NCBI GenBank assembly: GCA_032718475.1 | Contig: JAUCBJ010000570.1 | Coordinates: 1-64,000, forward strand | DNA: 64,000 bases | Direction: 5' to 3' | From: Nemertoderma westbladi | Taxonomy: Eukaryota; Animalia; Xenacoelomorpha | Part shown: positions 35,047 to 48,169 of the stretch, in pieces | How the letters are laid out: each line of letters starts with the position of its first letter | How positions within the stretch are numbered: position 1 is the stretch's first letter | Program-made: the position numbers and the translations under genes | The notes under the pieces: generated by a model | The model's input: only the letters and a program-made list of their open reading frames with translations | Database searches by the model: none | Told to the model about the DNA's origin: nothing

Positions 35047-36270
35047 ACCACCCCACCTCCCTATCCCCATGACTTTCGCGAGATCATCCGCATCTTCAAG
35101 GCCATTGTCCTTTAAGAAGCGTTTCACGAATGTCATGGGCTGTTCACCATGCTTATTCACTCCATGAGGCTGCCAAAGTATAAGATTATGCACTGGCTGG
35201 TCCTCACGGCGAAAGCAATGTCCTACAAAGCGGATGCGGCTCTGTTCAAGTCTCAAGCTTGGGGGAACCAATGAGAAACCTCCAATGTTATATAGAGTCT
35301 GATTGGACTTGATTTGACATTCGTTGTACTTGACACAATGCACCCGGACAGCATTCTTGTATAAATTCCATACAGAGATTTGGTGTCCTCAGCCGTTAGA
35401 GCCCAGCATGGACTCCCATATATAAGAGTACTGGACTCCCATATAAGAGTACTTGTACATGTACTGCTGATACACAGAATAATCAATAATTATTCTATAA
35501 GGCTTTAAAATGCTACCCATGCCTTTTCCTTGCGTATCCGAATGTCTCCTAACTTCCAGATCCACAATCCCAGATAACAGAAGTTATCCACATGGTCAAT
35601 CACACATCCCATCCTTGGAGCTTATGCTCATACGATCAGACATTTCCTGAGGACTGTATAATAACTGTATAATAAAATTTAATCATTCAATTTTTTGCAG
35701 CAATCGAGATTAACAAGATTTCACGAAATGATCAATAGAGTGTTTATTGCCCTTCCTGGGATCTGGCACCAACTTGCTAGTTTTCGTTTCTTTTAGGACT
35801 CCCATAGATCACTACATAACTTGACTATAATAAAGGGACGAATGAGCTCCAAACACTCAGGTATTTTATAGCCATCATGGGGGACGCCATCTACTGCACT
35901 TGCAAAATTGGTCTTGATGATATTTGCAGCAGTCTTGACTTTGGCAAAATAAATATTCCCTTTGGGTATATCAGTTCGATAATTTATCACACAATCGTCA
36001 TGCAATACTCTGCCATTATTTAGGAGTTTCCCAAAGGGGGCCTTCCAAACATCAACTGGGGATTCAGCATTAACATTGGTATTTGGTTGGCTTTTCCTAG
36101 AAGCAGCCTTAACTATATCTTTGGTAGTCTTATTATGATTGAGCTGAGACTCATCCAGTGGACCTCAACTGTTTCTGCGGCGAACGCGCCTCTGTGAAGC
36201 CAGGATAGCCCTCGAAGTGATCTTCTGCCTTGGTGGCTTGAGCCAGCTACTCAGTTGCTGCTATGTCAAG
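35047..36270 (-). mobile_element. Older degenerate antisense copy of the same RTE family; its 3' tip lies at 31200-31232
   Basis: Minus-strand translations WQPHGVNKHG, YGSPCWALTAEDTKSL and ASAVDGVP match the young copy, with many indels. Confidence 0.88.
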
Positions 36271-38053
36271 CTGGATCAAGTTTCATTTTTTTGGAGTATT
36301 TACAATTATTGACCTTAAACTTGTTTGACAGTTCTAGCCTCTATTTAATTATTTTGTAACTCTTTTATAGGCAACTCTATTTATTAGGTAGTACAGTGTA
36401 CAATAGGTACCGAAATATAAAACAACGGAAATACCAACCTATTGATTATATTCCTGGATATATTTCCATATACTGTAAATATAATATTTCCAATGGTATA
36501 TTTTCAAGAGAAATGTATATATTTCTCACCATAAAATAATACTTAAATATATATATTTATATGATATTAATTATTAGAAAACGTATAAGGTAAATAGAGG
36601 GTATTCTTCCATAAAGGTATTCTTCTGTTGGTATTTTTTTTAATGTTAAAAATTAAATACAGAATATTGATTAAGAGGTGTTGAATCTATCAATTTCTAA
36701 AGTTATAACGGACCTTCCTATTAATAGGCCAGTGTAGTTATTTGTCAAGAGTTGAGCCGTTCAAAAACACGATGTGGTTTATGTTTGTTATATGTATAAC
36801 CATTCAATATTTCAAAAACTCAAGCGGGTACGCAAAAATCTTAAAAGCAAACTCTACATGAATTTTGGTGGCGCAGAAGACTGTATATTTTTTATAGCGT
36901 TTCGACACGGGGTCACTGAAAAATAGCGGTTTTGAAAATTTAAAGTCTAATTTCCCCGATTTCAACTCGTCGAGTATGCACCAACTTTTTTGTTGGGGAT
37001 ATTCAGTCATCTGAGCAAAATATTTTCACATCAGAATCTTTTCGAATATCGCCAATCTCGCACAGAACATCGCCAAAATTTGTTAGTCCGGCAAAAAAAA
37101 CGCACAAATCCGTCTAAAAGAGTAAATTATATGTTGCAGAATAATATGATTCAACTAGAAATGCCAGCAAGCTGGCTATAAGGAGACCGTTCAAAGACAA
37201 ACGTAGTGTAGTTCGGTCCCTCCCCATTCATTATTATTAACCAACAGTATAAAACATAAGAAAGGCCCAGTGCTTAGAATTCAATCAGCTGGCCTCCCAC
37301 CTAACATAGCAGTGAGTAGTAGTAACCTTATAGATATTCCCATAGGATTCACTGGGAAGAGCTATTCAGGTGGCGGGGTAATATGTTACAACTAACAGTT
37401 GATATTTGATTACTTGTCTGGGATAGAGTAACTGAGCACCTAAATCTTGGCAAGTAATAAACTTCTCTGCAGTTTGGGTCTATCCATTCAATAGTATTAG
37501 CTTACTACTGTAGGCCCTCATGAGCCTAAGCAGCTGGTGTTTCTATTATTTTCGTGTTTTCATTTTTGCTCACTCAAGGTACTGGTTTGAGATTGTTTTA
37601 GATTGTTAGAAAAACCCGTCTCTTTAACCTGCTCCTTTCCCTCAATGGGTAACTAAAATGGTTACTAACACAAATCTTATTGGGCGAAGGTTGCTCGCGG
37701 GTGAAGATAGCCTTGCGGGCGGGCGAAGGTTCCCCCGGGCGAATGTTGGACGCGGGCGAAGATTGGACGCGGGCGAAGATTGTACTCGGGCGAAGGTTGC
37801 ACCCAACCGATGTGGGCGTGGGGGGCGAAAAGGTGAAAGGGGAGCGAAAAGATTTAACGGAGAGAGCGAGATAAGGAAAGAGAAGACGGAAAGTATAATA
37901 TAGAAATTTGAAAAGCAAAATAAAAATTAACAATACGATACATTTACAATAAATTATTTAATATTATTGCATTTACTGTTGCTACTGGAAGGATAACCAT
38001 AGTACTGCAATACACAATGTCCTGGAATATTAAGTTTTCAAGTACCCGCGTAG

Positions 38054-38300
38054 GCTGCATAAAGTGGAGAGGGCTGCTAAGGAGGTTGGATTGCATATAA
38101 ATGCTACTAAGACCGAATTCATGACTTTTAATGTTAATGGAAACTTGACAATAATATATTGATAATAATCAACTGAGGAAGGTTGACGACTTCCAGTACC
38201 TTGGGTCATGGATAGAGAGTAACAAAAAGGACATAGAAGTTAGGAAAGCAAAGGCTTGGGTAGCTCTATCAAAAATGGATACCATCTGGAAATCAGATCT
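38054..38300 (+). mobile_element. RTE-like RT fragment, different subfamily
   Basis: LHKVERAAKEVGLHINATKTEFM...KVDDFQYLGSWI...VRKAKAWVALSKMDTIWKS. Confidence 0.75.
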
Positions 38301-39423
38301 GCGCCTCCAGAAGCCTAAGTGACATGTTTAAGACGAGATCGTTAGAACGGGTGAGCATTTTGTTAATTACGTATTCCGTAGAGAAAGAAAATGCCTACTC
38401 TTCTTTAAGTAAACGAGGTCCGTAGGCTACCTTACTACAGTAGATGCCTGTCTATTAAATAGGATAGGCCTACTGCACAAGTTTGTGAATCTTGGGGGAA
38501 TGTAAACTGAAAGCAACCGGAAATGAAATATAGAACAGTTCTTAGATCATGAAATTCAAATTCCATGGGATCTCATTAAGACTTGTAAAAAAATGGGGTT
38601 GGGTCATGGTGTGTTCGTGTTGGGGTACCTGAATTCCGACACTGTATTACGGCTGATGATGTATATTCAGTACGGTATTTACTATTTCACGTAAAGAGTT
38701 GGTCTGCAATTGCATACAACATTTTCACAGACAGCTTATTATTATCATTATATATTTATTCACAGCATATAACTTTTGCGTGAAAAACCAACACAGATGC
38801 GACTGACAGCAATAAAATGAGAATGGATCAATTTAATGTAAATGGATCTGTCACAGCCACCACTGCACTGACAGATATATAGCGTTATAGGCATCAATTA
38901 ATTTCCCGTCGTTTGTTGAAACCGTCTAAACGAAGCCTGTCGAAAATAATCGAAACTGTGTAAAAAATCACCATTTTTGGCTCTTCTTTATTATCTTCTG
39001 TTTATTATCTTCTGGTTATTATCTGTTTTCGTATAGTAAAATACAGTAATCAATGAAAGTACACAAAAATTAAATTCGGTCGCGTCACAGGGTCCCCTTG
39101 CAATTCACTAAATATGCTACTATAGATATTAGTACAAACTAATAATAATACAGAAACTGCTTACATCATACTGTATAAATCCAATTTATATGGTTATATA
39201 CTGTATGTTGGTGTAGGCCTACTGAGAACTAAAAGTCAGTATTTTGTAGATTCATTATTGTAAGAGCTTTTGGAAACTGAGAAGTAGGCCTACAGTTCTT
39301 TGCATTCCAGAAGGAAGCACTTTAGAAGGTTGTTATTACTTGAGGGAAACTTGAAACCTAAAGTAATTGCAACATTCTTGCTTGTAATAATTGTTCATAA
39401 GTAGGGTACTTGGTAATTTTACC

Positions 39424-40275
39424 CAGGGCGGCTTTAAAGTTTTCGAGGCGCTTAGGCTATTCTCAATTCGGGCCCCCCTTGGCAGTATTTTTTAACTAAT
39501 GGCTAACTTTCTTAGGAATTTCACATTTGAGTCAGTTGTCGTTAAAACAATAATTTTAAGTGGTTTTAAACGAACCTACCAGTATCAATAATCACCAATC
39601 AACTTCAGAATTAGTTTAGTTAACTTCCTGTTTATAATCTACGCAGCCGAAATGTTACGGGGATGTACTGTACATACAGTATATCGCCAAAATGCCTCTT
39701 ATTCTTAACCAGCTTATACATTTATTAGTCCCACCATGTCGTAGTGTAGTGATAATGTGCTGCCCTAAATTCATATATTTGGTCGTGGGGTCGAGCCATA
39801 ATGTTTGGTTTGGTGAGAAACAAATACGAATTGACCATTTGGTAGAATATAATTTATATTCAATTCCCCTAACAAAAAAAACGATAAGTGAACATAACTG
39901 TGGGGCTTCCCTGGCCTTCGTGCAGTCTATGAGCCTTTGAGTAGCAGTTAAATTGGTGGACCTGGTCACTCCTCCTAGCGGCTGACTGACGAAGTATAGA
40001 AGTCTGTCAGTGAGTAGAACTTCTAAACCTTTGATAGACTAATTATACCGCTACACAGAGGTCTTCGTGGCTCGCCTTATAATGTAATCGCAAGCGAAGT
40101 AAGCGGAATTTTTAAAAAACATGTTTATACTTTTGTGATATAAAATGGAGCGGTGCCTTTTTTAATCATTCCTTGTGGATTACAGATCCACTGATCGGTT
40201 TTTTTCACATTGGGGAAATTTCAAGCCGGGCCCCTAGTCTGCAACCTAGAAAGCCTTGGCGTTAAGGGGGCCCTG
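39424..40275. mobile_element. Non-autonomous hAT element
   Basis: Termini CAGGGC...GCCCTG, subterminal GGGCCCC motifs, and a perfect 8-bp TSD ATTTTACC (39416-39423 and 40276-40283). Confidence 0.85.
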
Positions 40276-41002
40276 ATTTTACCATGACTTTCAATGACTT
40301 ATGACACATACTGTATTAAACCGAGAAAATGTGTCTTATGGGAAAACTGGACAAACGGACAAAAAAAAGCGCTCGTTCTGTCCAAGGCAACCGAAACTGA
40401 AAGTTTTATTTTATGTTTTACTTTTTACTTTTACGTTTACATGTATTGTGGTAAAAAAATTTAATTAAATAATATAGGCCCCTAAAGCGATAAGGTAATT
40501 AAACTGCATTATTCAGGTGGCAAATTATTTGTTAACATGATGATGTTCAATCACACCATTTGTTAAAGAGATTATTGGAATTGAAAGAATTCCAATTCAC
40601 CGATTATGCAATTCGAATATATGACTACACAAATTTTGTTAAAAAAAATACCAACAAAAACAAATAAAGATAGATGTAATCCATCTGTAGTGAACAAATT
40701 TAAGAAATTATAATATTAAATAGTAAATATCTATTAATTAAAAATGGGAATGGGAAACTAAAGTAAAAAAAACCTAAAAAATTCCAGTTTTTTTTATTCA
40801 ACTACAGTACATGAACCTCAGAATGATTTGATGCACTGAATTCCTGAACTATTCCCATTATACAATGATAAAAGGCAGGAAGGTGAGCCAATCACCAGAT
40901 AGATTGCTGCACAATGAGATATCAGATTCGTGATTGGTTGATGGATAACTTGGTGTAAGAAGAATTCAACCAACTATCTTTATTTTTCCGGTACTGTAGA
41001 AT

Positions 41003-41540
41003 AATTAATACCTCCGTGGATAGGAGACACGGGAGGGAGTGCTGTGCTGTGCATAGTAGACATCGGATTTCGAGATCAACAATTTTGGACAGATCCATCA
41101 TGGATGTCCTTATTTCTCACGCGTGTTTGTTTGTTTGTGTGTTTGTTTGTACACACAACTTCTTGCACTTAAAGTTGATGGAATTGGATGAAACTTTAAT
41201 GATAGGTTCATTATCGGACCTACTGTAGTTGTGCATGCAAGGTTGTGGTTGCGAGGGACCTGCTGGTTGCCTAGCAACAGAGAAATTAATTCTAGAATTA
41301 CCGATCATAATCGTAGAATTTACTCAATCAAAATTCTGTCGACACCCCATATGGAGCATCTATTGGACATGTTTTCTGCAAAATTTCGCTTTATTTCCTT
41401 TAGTATTGTAGGAGAAGATACATTTCTTACAAACACTGTTTTTTTTAACATACAAAATATACTACTAATAAAATAACACAATGGCTAGCCAAGCCCAGAA
41501 TATCGTTGCCAAGACAACATCCTATTGGAGGTTCAGTGTG
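41003..41540 (+). mobile_element. DINE-1/Helentron-associated-like non-autonomous element
   Basis: TTAATACCTCCG start, (GTTT)n microsatellite at 41123-41150, then GGAATTGGATGAAACTT. This layout is typical of the class; boundaries are approximate. Confidence 0.4.
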
Positions 41541-41850
41541 GAGGTAAGTAAGTACTGAAGCAGTGTAATTGAGAGAGCTGTCTGCTCCACATTGACAACT
41601 ATTGGGTTCTCATTCATCATTACTTATTAGGCTTCCCTGCTTAGGCACCTAATTTAGTACAACAATAATAATTGTATTTTGTACAGACGGAAGATTGCCC
41701 AATGTTTCGTTTTGCGTTTTTCGTTATTTGGCTTCCCTGCTTAGGCGCGAAATTTATTACAACAAAATTGATAGCAATGGATCCGTCCATAATATATATT
41801 AATATATATACAGTATAATATAATAATACTCATCGTATAGCTTCGTATAA

Positions 41851-43974
41851 GGCTCATTCCATGTAAAGTGCGGGACATTCGTACGACTTTTTGTGCATAC
41901 TTTAGTACTGTACATCAAGAAAATGAACTAAAATATTATAATGCTTGTGTTTCTTAGAAAAACCAATTATCGGTTCTGTAAAAAAAAAGCAGTTTGGAAA
42001 ACCGGCAGCAGTTTATGTCTCAGAACTATTGCTTCAAAAAATTGTAAAGTGCGGGACGCGTACGAAAGTGAAATTTTCAACTGTCAAATTCTTTGCTAAA
42101 GTTCAGCGAATTGAGTAAAGTTAGTGGGAAAACTTTTGTTCCGTGATGTTCCTAGATATGTAGGGAAAATAAATTAGCCTTTAGTAAGATGGTAAGTAAC
42201 ATCAATGAAACAGGGGAGTAGTTTAAGTGCAGCAAAGTCATGTAAAGTGTGGGACATTTCAATGTAAAGTGTGGGACACGTGCGATTTTATCCTTTATAA
42301 ACACATTAAATCGTTAATTATTACATTATTCCGACTAAATCAGTGATAGTTATAAACTTGTCAGTGATATTGCTACATACAGACATATAATTTGAACTTA
42401 TAGATGAATGACAATGCAACTAACCCTAACCAAAATACTAAACCTAACCTACCAACTTAGTTGGCCCTAAAAAGCCCCTTACTACTGCGTACATGTATAC
42501 ATGTGACTGCCTGTCAAGTAAATGTTCAAGTATTTAAAGCATACAATTCCACTGGAGGTCCAGCCTATAGTAGAGTGCAAACTGCACAGTAGTTATGAGG
42601 CGGGTGGGGGGGGGGGGGGGGGGGGATTATTTATAGATATAATTAATAGGCCTCCAACAAATAGGCTGTACGGGCTTTAATACGCCATTCCAGCATTCCA
42701 ATATTGCGATACGTAACGTAACACAAAGTTTAACAAAGTTTTTCCTTTCCCTTTCTCAAAATTGGCCCCAGCATGAAAAAAAATGGCGCAAACATTGCTC
42801 TGCCACTGCCACTGCCACTGCCACTGGCTATGTACGAACACCCCTAAACTGCTAAATGGAGTAAAAAAACAAATAGAGGCCAACATATAGTGCCTAATAC
42901 TGTAAGTAAAACAGAAGAGTAGGCACGACAATAACAAATTTGTTTGTATCATTTTTTTGTAGCCTTACCCTAAGCCCTAGTACAGCGTGGCTCCTACTTG
43001 CTGTATTATTATCTCCAGGCAGTTCAATATTACTTAGTAGGCTTATGTAAAATTACCATTTAAGTGCACTGTAGGCCTAAAGTAATACAGATTAGATAGC
43101 AAGATTAGACCTGGAACTGCAGTGCACCCATAAAACCGTTATAGTAGCGTACCATGTAAGCGTGCAGTAGGCCTACGCACCAGCCAGAGCCAGGAAGGGG
43201 TTAATGGCAGGCCTACAAATAGTATTCAGAGTATAAAAACTAATAAAAATAGGAATTACAATTTTGAGGATATTTACTGAAATATATGTGATTTTCATGA
43301 ATTTTTTTATAGTGTCTTAATATCAGAGATTTATATGAAGTTATTATGTCTGTTATGATTATTCCAGTTGAAGTTCTTCCATCTAAATGCACGCTTACTC
43401 TACTTCCTTTGATATTTTTACTTTTTGTCCCGCACTTTACGTAAAGTGCGGGACACCTGTTTACCACATAACACGAAACACCACAAACAAACTAAGTACC
43501 CCAGATTAATGATACATATATTTGAGCTTTGCAAACGACATAACATCATTCTACTATAATATGTCTATCCTGTACAAACAAAATATGGTGTTCAGCGTAA
43601 AGTGCGGGACATTATGATGTAAGCAGATTATGAGCACTGAATATTTAGACACAACGTTGTTTTAATTGACAGCAAATGATTTCATTGGAAAATATGATTG
43701 TTTTGCTTCGAAAAGTACTCTATTACGTTGCCTTCTGCCTAAAGCTACTCATAAAACGCGGTTGTCATATTATGCACTCAGTTCACTGTATTTTTGCAGT
43801 TTGAGAGGTAAGGGCGAATAACACCAGATTTCAGAAAGTTAACGAATTTTGATGCGGTTTTTTGCATTAAATTCGCAAACCGCATCATATATTGGTTCTG
43901 AAAATTGATATGAGAAGCAATAATTCAAGTTTTTCAAAATTGGCACTGCGGTTGACATTTGCATGGAATGAGCC
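41851..43974. mobile_element. Non-autonomous TIR DNA transposon with GG...CC ends, superfamily unresolved
   Basis: TIR GGCTCATTCCATGTAAA / TTTGCATGGAATGAGCC, ATAA on both flanks, and repeated internal GTAAAGTGCGGGAC motifs. Confidence 0.8.
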
Positions 43975-45039
43975 ATAAGTGTTTTTCCATAAGAAAATAA
44001 ATTAAGGTTCTCATTGTAAATAATAATTATTATTATTAATAATAATTTATTATTAACCATTGTTTAATAATATTAAACAATGGTTAGATTTATTTTAAAA
44101 TTTATTGCCAATTCTTCAGCCGTTGCATGCACTGCTCTCTCAGACCTCCTACACGAGTCTGTTGGACCCCTCTTCGTCAAGAAGAGGGGCGCCTCTTCGT
44201 GAAGCGCGCCACTTCGTGAAAGGCGCCACTTCTAGAAGAGCGCCACTTCGTTCGTCAAAAATTTAACTATCAACCTGTACTATTGTTTTCGTTTATTGTT
44301 TTGATTAGAATACTGTGCCATGTAACCTGCTCATTTCGCTTAATCTACTGCACCTACATATTTCGACCATCATCGCATATTCGTAACTTTCGACCCAATA
44401 CGTATCAAATGGGGATATAGTAATATGTTAATTACTCTCTAAGGTTTTCCATGATTCACTTGAAACAAGTTTGTTCCGTTTGCTTTACGATGACAAATTC
44501 ATTGAAAAATCAACGATTGAAATCTCTCTAAATCAGTTTTTTAAATGCGAATGTCTAAACCAATCAGGGAGGGCTCTGGATCACACCTCTCCAACAGCGA
44601 GTTATATGTGCATCTTATCGTGGTTCCATGTGGCGTTGGGAGGAATTAAGATGGAATTCTCTAGTCATTCAATTATCTCATTCTCCAGAGGTTTGGCTAT
44701 CAGGTTTTAACTCTCCGTCGTCCGTAGGCTCTCTCTCCGTCGATATATTGATTTAATTTTATCCCGTTATCTACTGTATTTCCCTGACCGGCACTCACCG
44801 GTTACTCAACACGGCACATACATTGTGTATTACCGAGGTGTTAGAAGAGTAAGTAATATGCCATCATGATTAGTTTCTTACTGTCACATGTGATAAGGAG
44901 TTACAGTATATAATTACTAATTGGAATACTGTAGTACAGTTCTGTACTGTGGTATGCCTAGGCCTAATGTACATAAATATTTTATTCAAAAGTGAAGTAT
45001 TTTACAGGGAATCAAGCACCTTGGTAACTGGTGAAGGCT

Positions 45040-45115
45040 GGGAACTGACGTCCCGGTGGGATCGAACTGGTGACCTTCGGGTTGGAAGTCTGACGCTCTA
45101 CACCATTATTGACAG
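45040..45115 (-). mobile_element. tRNA-derived SINE head or tRNA pseudogene
   Basis: Minus strand TGGTGTAGAGCGTCAGACTTCCAACCCGAAGGTCACCAGTTCGATCCCACCGGGAC has tRNA-like spacing and a B-box, but the stems are broken. Confidence 0.5.
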
Positions 45116-45285
45116 TGACCTCATTGGGCGAACAATCCAAATCAAAAAATGTTCCAAAAACATCACTGGTAGAATGTACATACTGTAGGTTCTACAAGAA
45201 ATCGACAGAGAACCACCTTAATAAAATATTTCACGCATAAAAGGTGCCCGAATTGTGAACCATAAGTCTTACCTCCTGCCTGCTG

Positions 45286-45940
45286 AGTATACGATGGTTC
45301 GACAACATTTGTGTCTACAATTGATGGTGACACAGATCATAATGGATCTGTGTTTTGCTGCACGGGCTAACTGCATATCGAAATCTTATATTTTTATCAG
45401 ATAATCATTCAATTCCTGTGCGTATAACATTTATGCCTAACTCGTGTTGTATGAATGTATGGATGAATTTAGAACAGGCTGCTTCTAGGGAAGGATATTT
45501 TTGGCCAAGAAGGCCAAAGTTTTGACAGTTAACTTCAACAGTCCTCAGGAAATGTCTGATCGAATGAAGAATAAAGTGTAAGGATGGTATGCGTATGCTT
45601 GAGGTTGTGGCTGACATCTGTTACGGTATCATGGATTCGGAACTCAGGTGACGACCTTCGAATACGTAAGGGAAAATAAAGACCAACATTGACTGTCATT
45701 TAATACGTCGGAAACTTAAGGTCCGATTATTTAGAGCAGCAGTAGTTCCAGTACTCCTAAATATGGGAGTTCATGCTGGGCTAGCTGCTGAGGAGACCAA
45801 ATCTCTGGATGTCACATTCACAAGAATGCTAGGTCGGGTTCACAGTGTCAAGTAGGCCTACTGTACAATGCACACATCTCCAACCAGACACCTGACCATT
45901 GGAGGTGTCTCATTGGTACTCCCGCAAGCTTGACACTTGA
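45286..45940 (+). mobile_element. Degenerate internally deleted RTE LINE copy
   Basis: AGTATACGATGGTTCGACAACATTTGTG and CGGAAACTTAAGGTCCGATTATTTAGAGCAGCAGTAGTTCCAGTACTCC match 33937 and 34496. Confidence 0.88.
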
Positions 45941-46002
45941 ATAATTTGTTAACCCTTTGGTTCACTTTTTCACTTGTCGATTTGAAGCAACATTTATTTT
46001 AT

Positions 46003-48169
46003 CGCAGTAATTTTTAATGTCCGTATAAATTCTTTTTTTGTCCTTTTTTTTTTACTTTTTATGTCCTCCAGAAATCTACCGTTAGGTTCCATGCTACCGG
46101 TTTCTCTACTGCTGTTTTCTCAGGCTATCAGTGCCGGTATTAGTTTTTTTTACTTTTTATGTCCTCCAGAAATTTACCGTTAGGTTCCATGCTACCGGTT
46201 TCTCTACTGCTGTTCTCTCAGGCTATCAGTGCCGGTATTAGTATATACAGTAAAGCACTATTTTGTAGTATTGCATGTACAGATGTAGGTATAAAGCAGG
46301 TATTTTAGGTATTTTAGTACCGGTACCGGCACCGGTACTGCTGTGTAGGCCTACTGTGTAGCTTACCATTTAAATACGGTACTGGTAGGCCTACCGGCTG
46401 ACCGGTTGTTTTGGTTAGAAAATCCCGCCTCTGTAACCTGCTCCTTTCCCTGAATTGGTAAAGTGACCGTTTATTGTTTTGGTTAGAAAGGCCCGCCTCT
46501 GTAACCTTCCCCTTTCCCTCAATTATTTAAATTAACGTTTATTGTTTTGGTTAGAAAGTCTCGTCTCTGTAACCTGCTCCTTTCCCTGATTTGGTAAAGT
46601 GACCGTTTAATGTTTTGGTTAGAAAGGCCCGCCTCTGTAACCTGCTCCTTTCCATCATTTAGTAAAGTGACTGTTTATTGTTTTGGTTAGAAAATCCCGC
46701 CTCTGTAACCTGCCCCTTTCCCTCAATTAGTTAAATGATCGTTTATTGTTTTGGTTAGAAAATTCCGCCTCTGTAACCTGACCCTTTCCCTCAATTAGTT
46801 AAATGATCGGTTATTGTTTTGGTTAGAAAATCCCGCCTCTGTAACCTGCTCCTTTCCCTCAATTAGTTAAGTGATCGTTTATTGTTTTGGTTAGAAAATT
46901 CAGCCTCTGTAACCTGCTCCTTTCCCTCAATTAGTTAAGTGATCGTTTATTGTTTTGGTTGGAAATTTCCGCCTCTGTAACCTGCTCCTTTCCCTCAATA
47001 AGTTAAATGATCGTTTTTTGTTTTGGTTAGAAAATCACGCCTCTGTAACCTGCTCCTTTCCCTCAATTAGTTAAATGATCGTTTATTGTTTTGGTTAGAA
47101 AATTCCGCCTCTGTAACCTGACCCTTTCCCTCAATTAGTTAAATGATCGGTTATTGTTTTGGTTAGAAAATCCCGCCTCTGTAACCTGCTCCTTTCCCTC
47201 AATTAGTTAAGTGATCGTTTATTGTTTTGGTTAGAAATTTCCGCCTCTGTAACCTGCTCCTTTCCCTCAATAAGTTAAATGATCGTTTTTTGTTTTGGTT
47301 AGAAAATCCCGCCTCTGTAACCTGCTCATTTCCCTCAATTAGTTAAGTGATCGTTTATTGTTTTGGTTAGAAAATCCCGCCTCTGTAACCTGCTCCTTTC
47401 CCTCAATTTGTTAAGTGATAGTTTATTGTTTTGGTTAGAAAATCCCGTCTCTGTAACCTGCTCCTTTCCCTGATTTGGTAAAGTGACTGTTTATTGTTTT
47501 GGTTAAAAAAAACCCGTCTATGTAATCTGCTCCTTTATCTCAATTGGTAACGTTATCGTTTATTGTTTTGGTTAGAAAATCCCGTCTCTGTAACCTGCTC
47601 CTTTCCCTGATTTGGTAAAGTGACTGCTTATTATTTTGGTTAGAAAATCCCGCCTCTGTAACCCGCTCCTTTCCCTCAATTAGTTAAATGATCGTTCATT
47701 GTTTTGGTTAGAAAGGCCCGCCTCTGTAACCTGCTCCTTTCCTTCATTTGGTAAAGTGACTGTTTATTGTTTTGGTTAGAAAATCCGGTCTTAACCTGCT
47801 CCTTTCCATCAATTGGTAATTGTTTTTGGCTATAAAATGAGTGTTTTGCTACGTCATGTGGTATAATCGATTATCGACAACAACCACAAACTATTAAATT
47901 TAGAGTCTTTTTACCACAGGCGCATATGGAAATCTATCTCATAGTCTATAAATCATGGAATCATGGAATGTTTTGGCACAGGCATAGTGAAATCAACTGT
48001 CTGACAGTCCAGAAATCAGCAGTCTGACAGTTTGAAGAAATACATACATAAAAAGTCATTAAAAGGGCAACAAAAGGTCATTAAAGGGACAACAAAAGTC
48101 ATTATGCACAATTCGTAAAAAAAGGAGGACAAAAAAAAGTCAAATAAAAGGACATAAAAAATCACTGCC
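46003..48169. mobile_element. Non-autonomous Mutator-like (MULE) element carrying a satellite
   Basis: Imperfect TIR CGCAGTAATTTTTAATGTCC / GGACATAAAAAATCACTGCC. The 9-bp flanks TTATTTTAT (45994-46002) and TTACTTTAT (48170-48178) match at 8/9. Confidence 0.65.
46404..47819. repeat. 68-bp tandem repeat, about 21 units
   Basis: Unit TTGTTTTGGTTAGAAAATCCCGCCTCTGTAACCTGCTCCTTTCCCTCAATTAGTTAAATGATCGTTTA. Confidence 0.96.
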
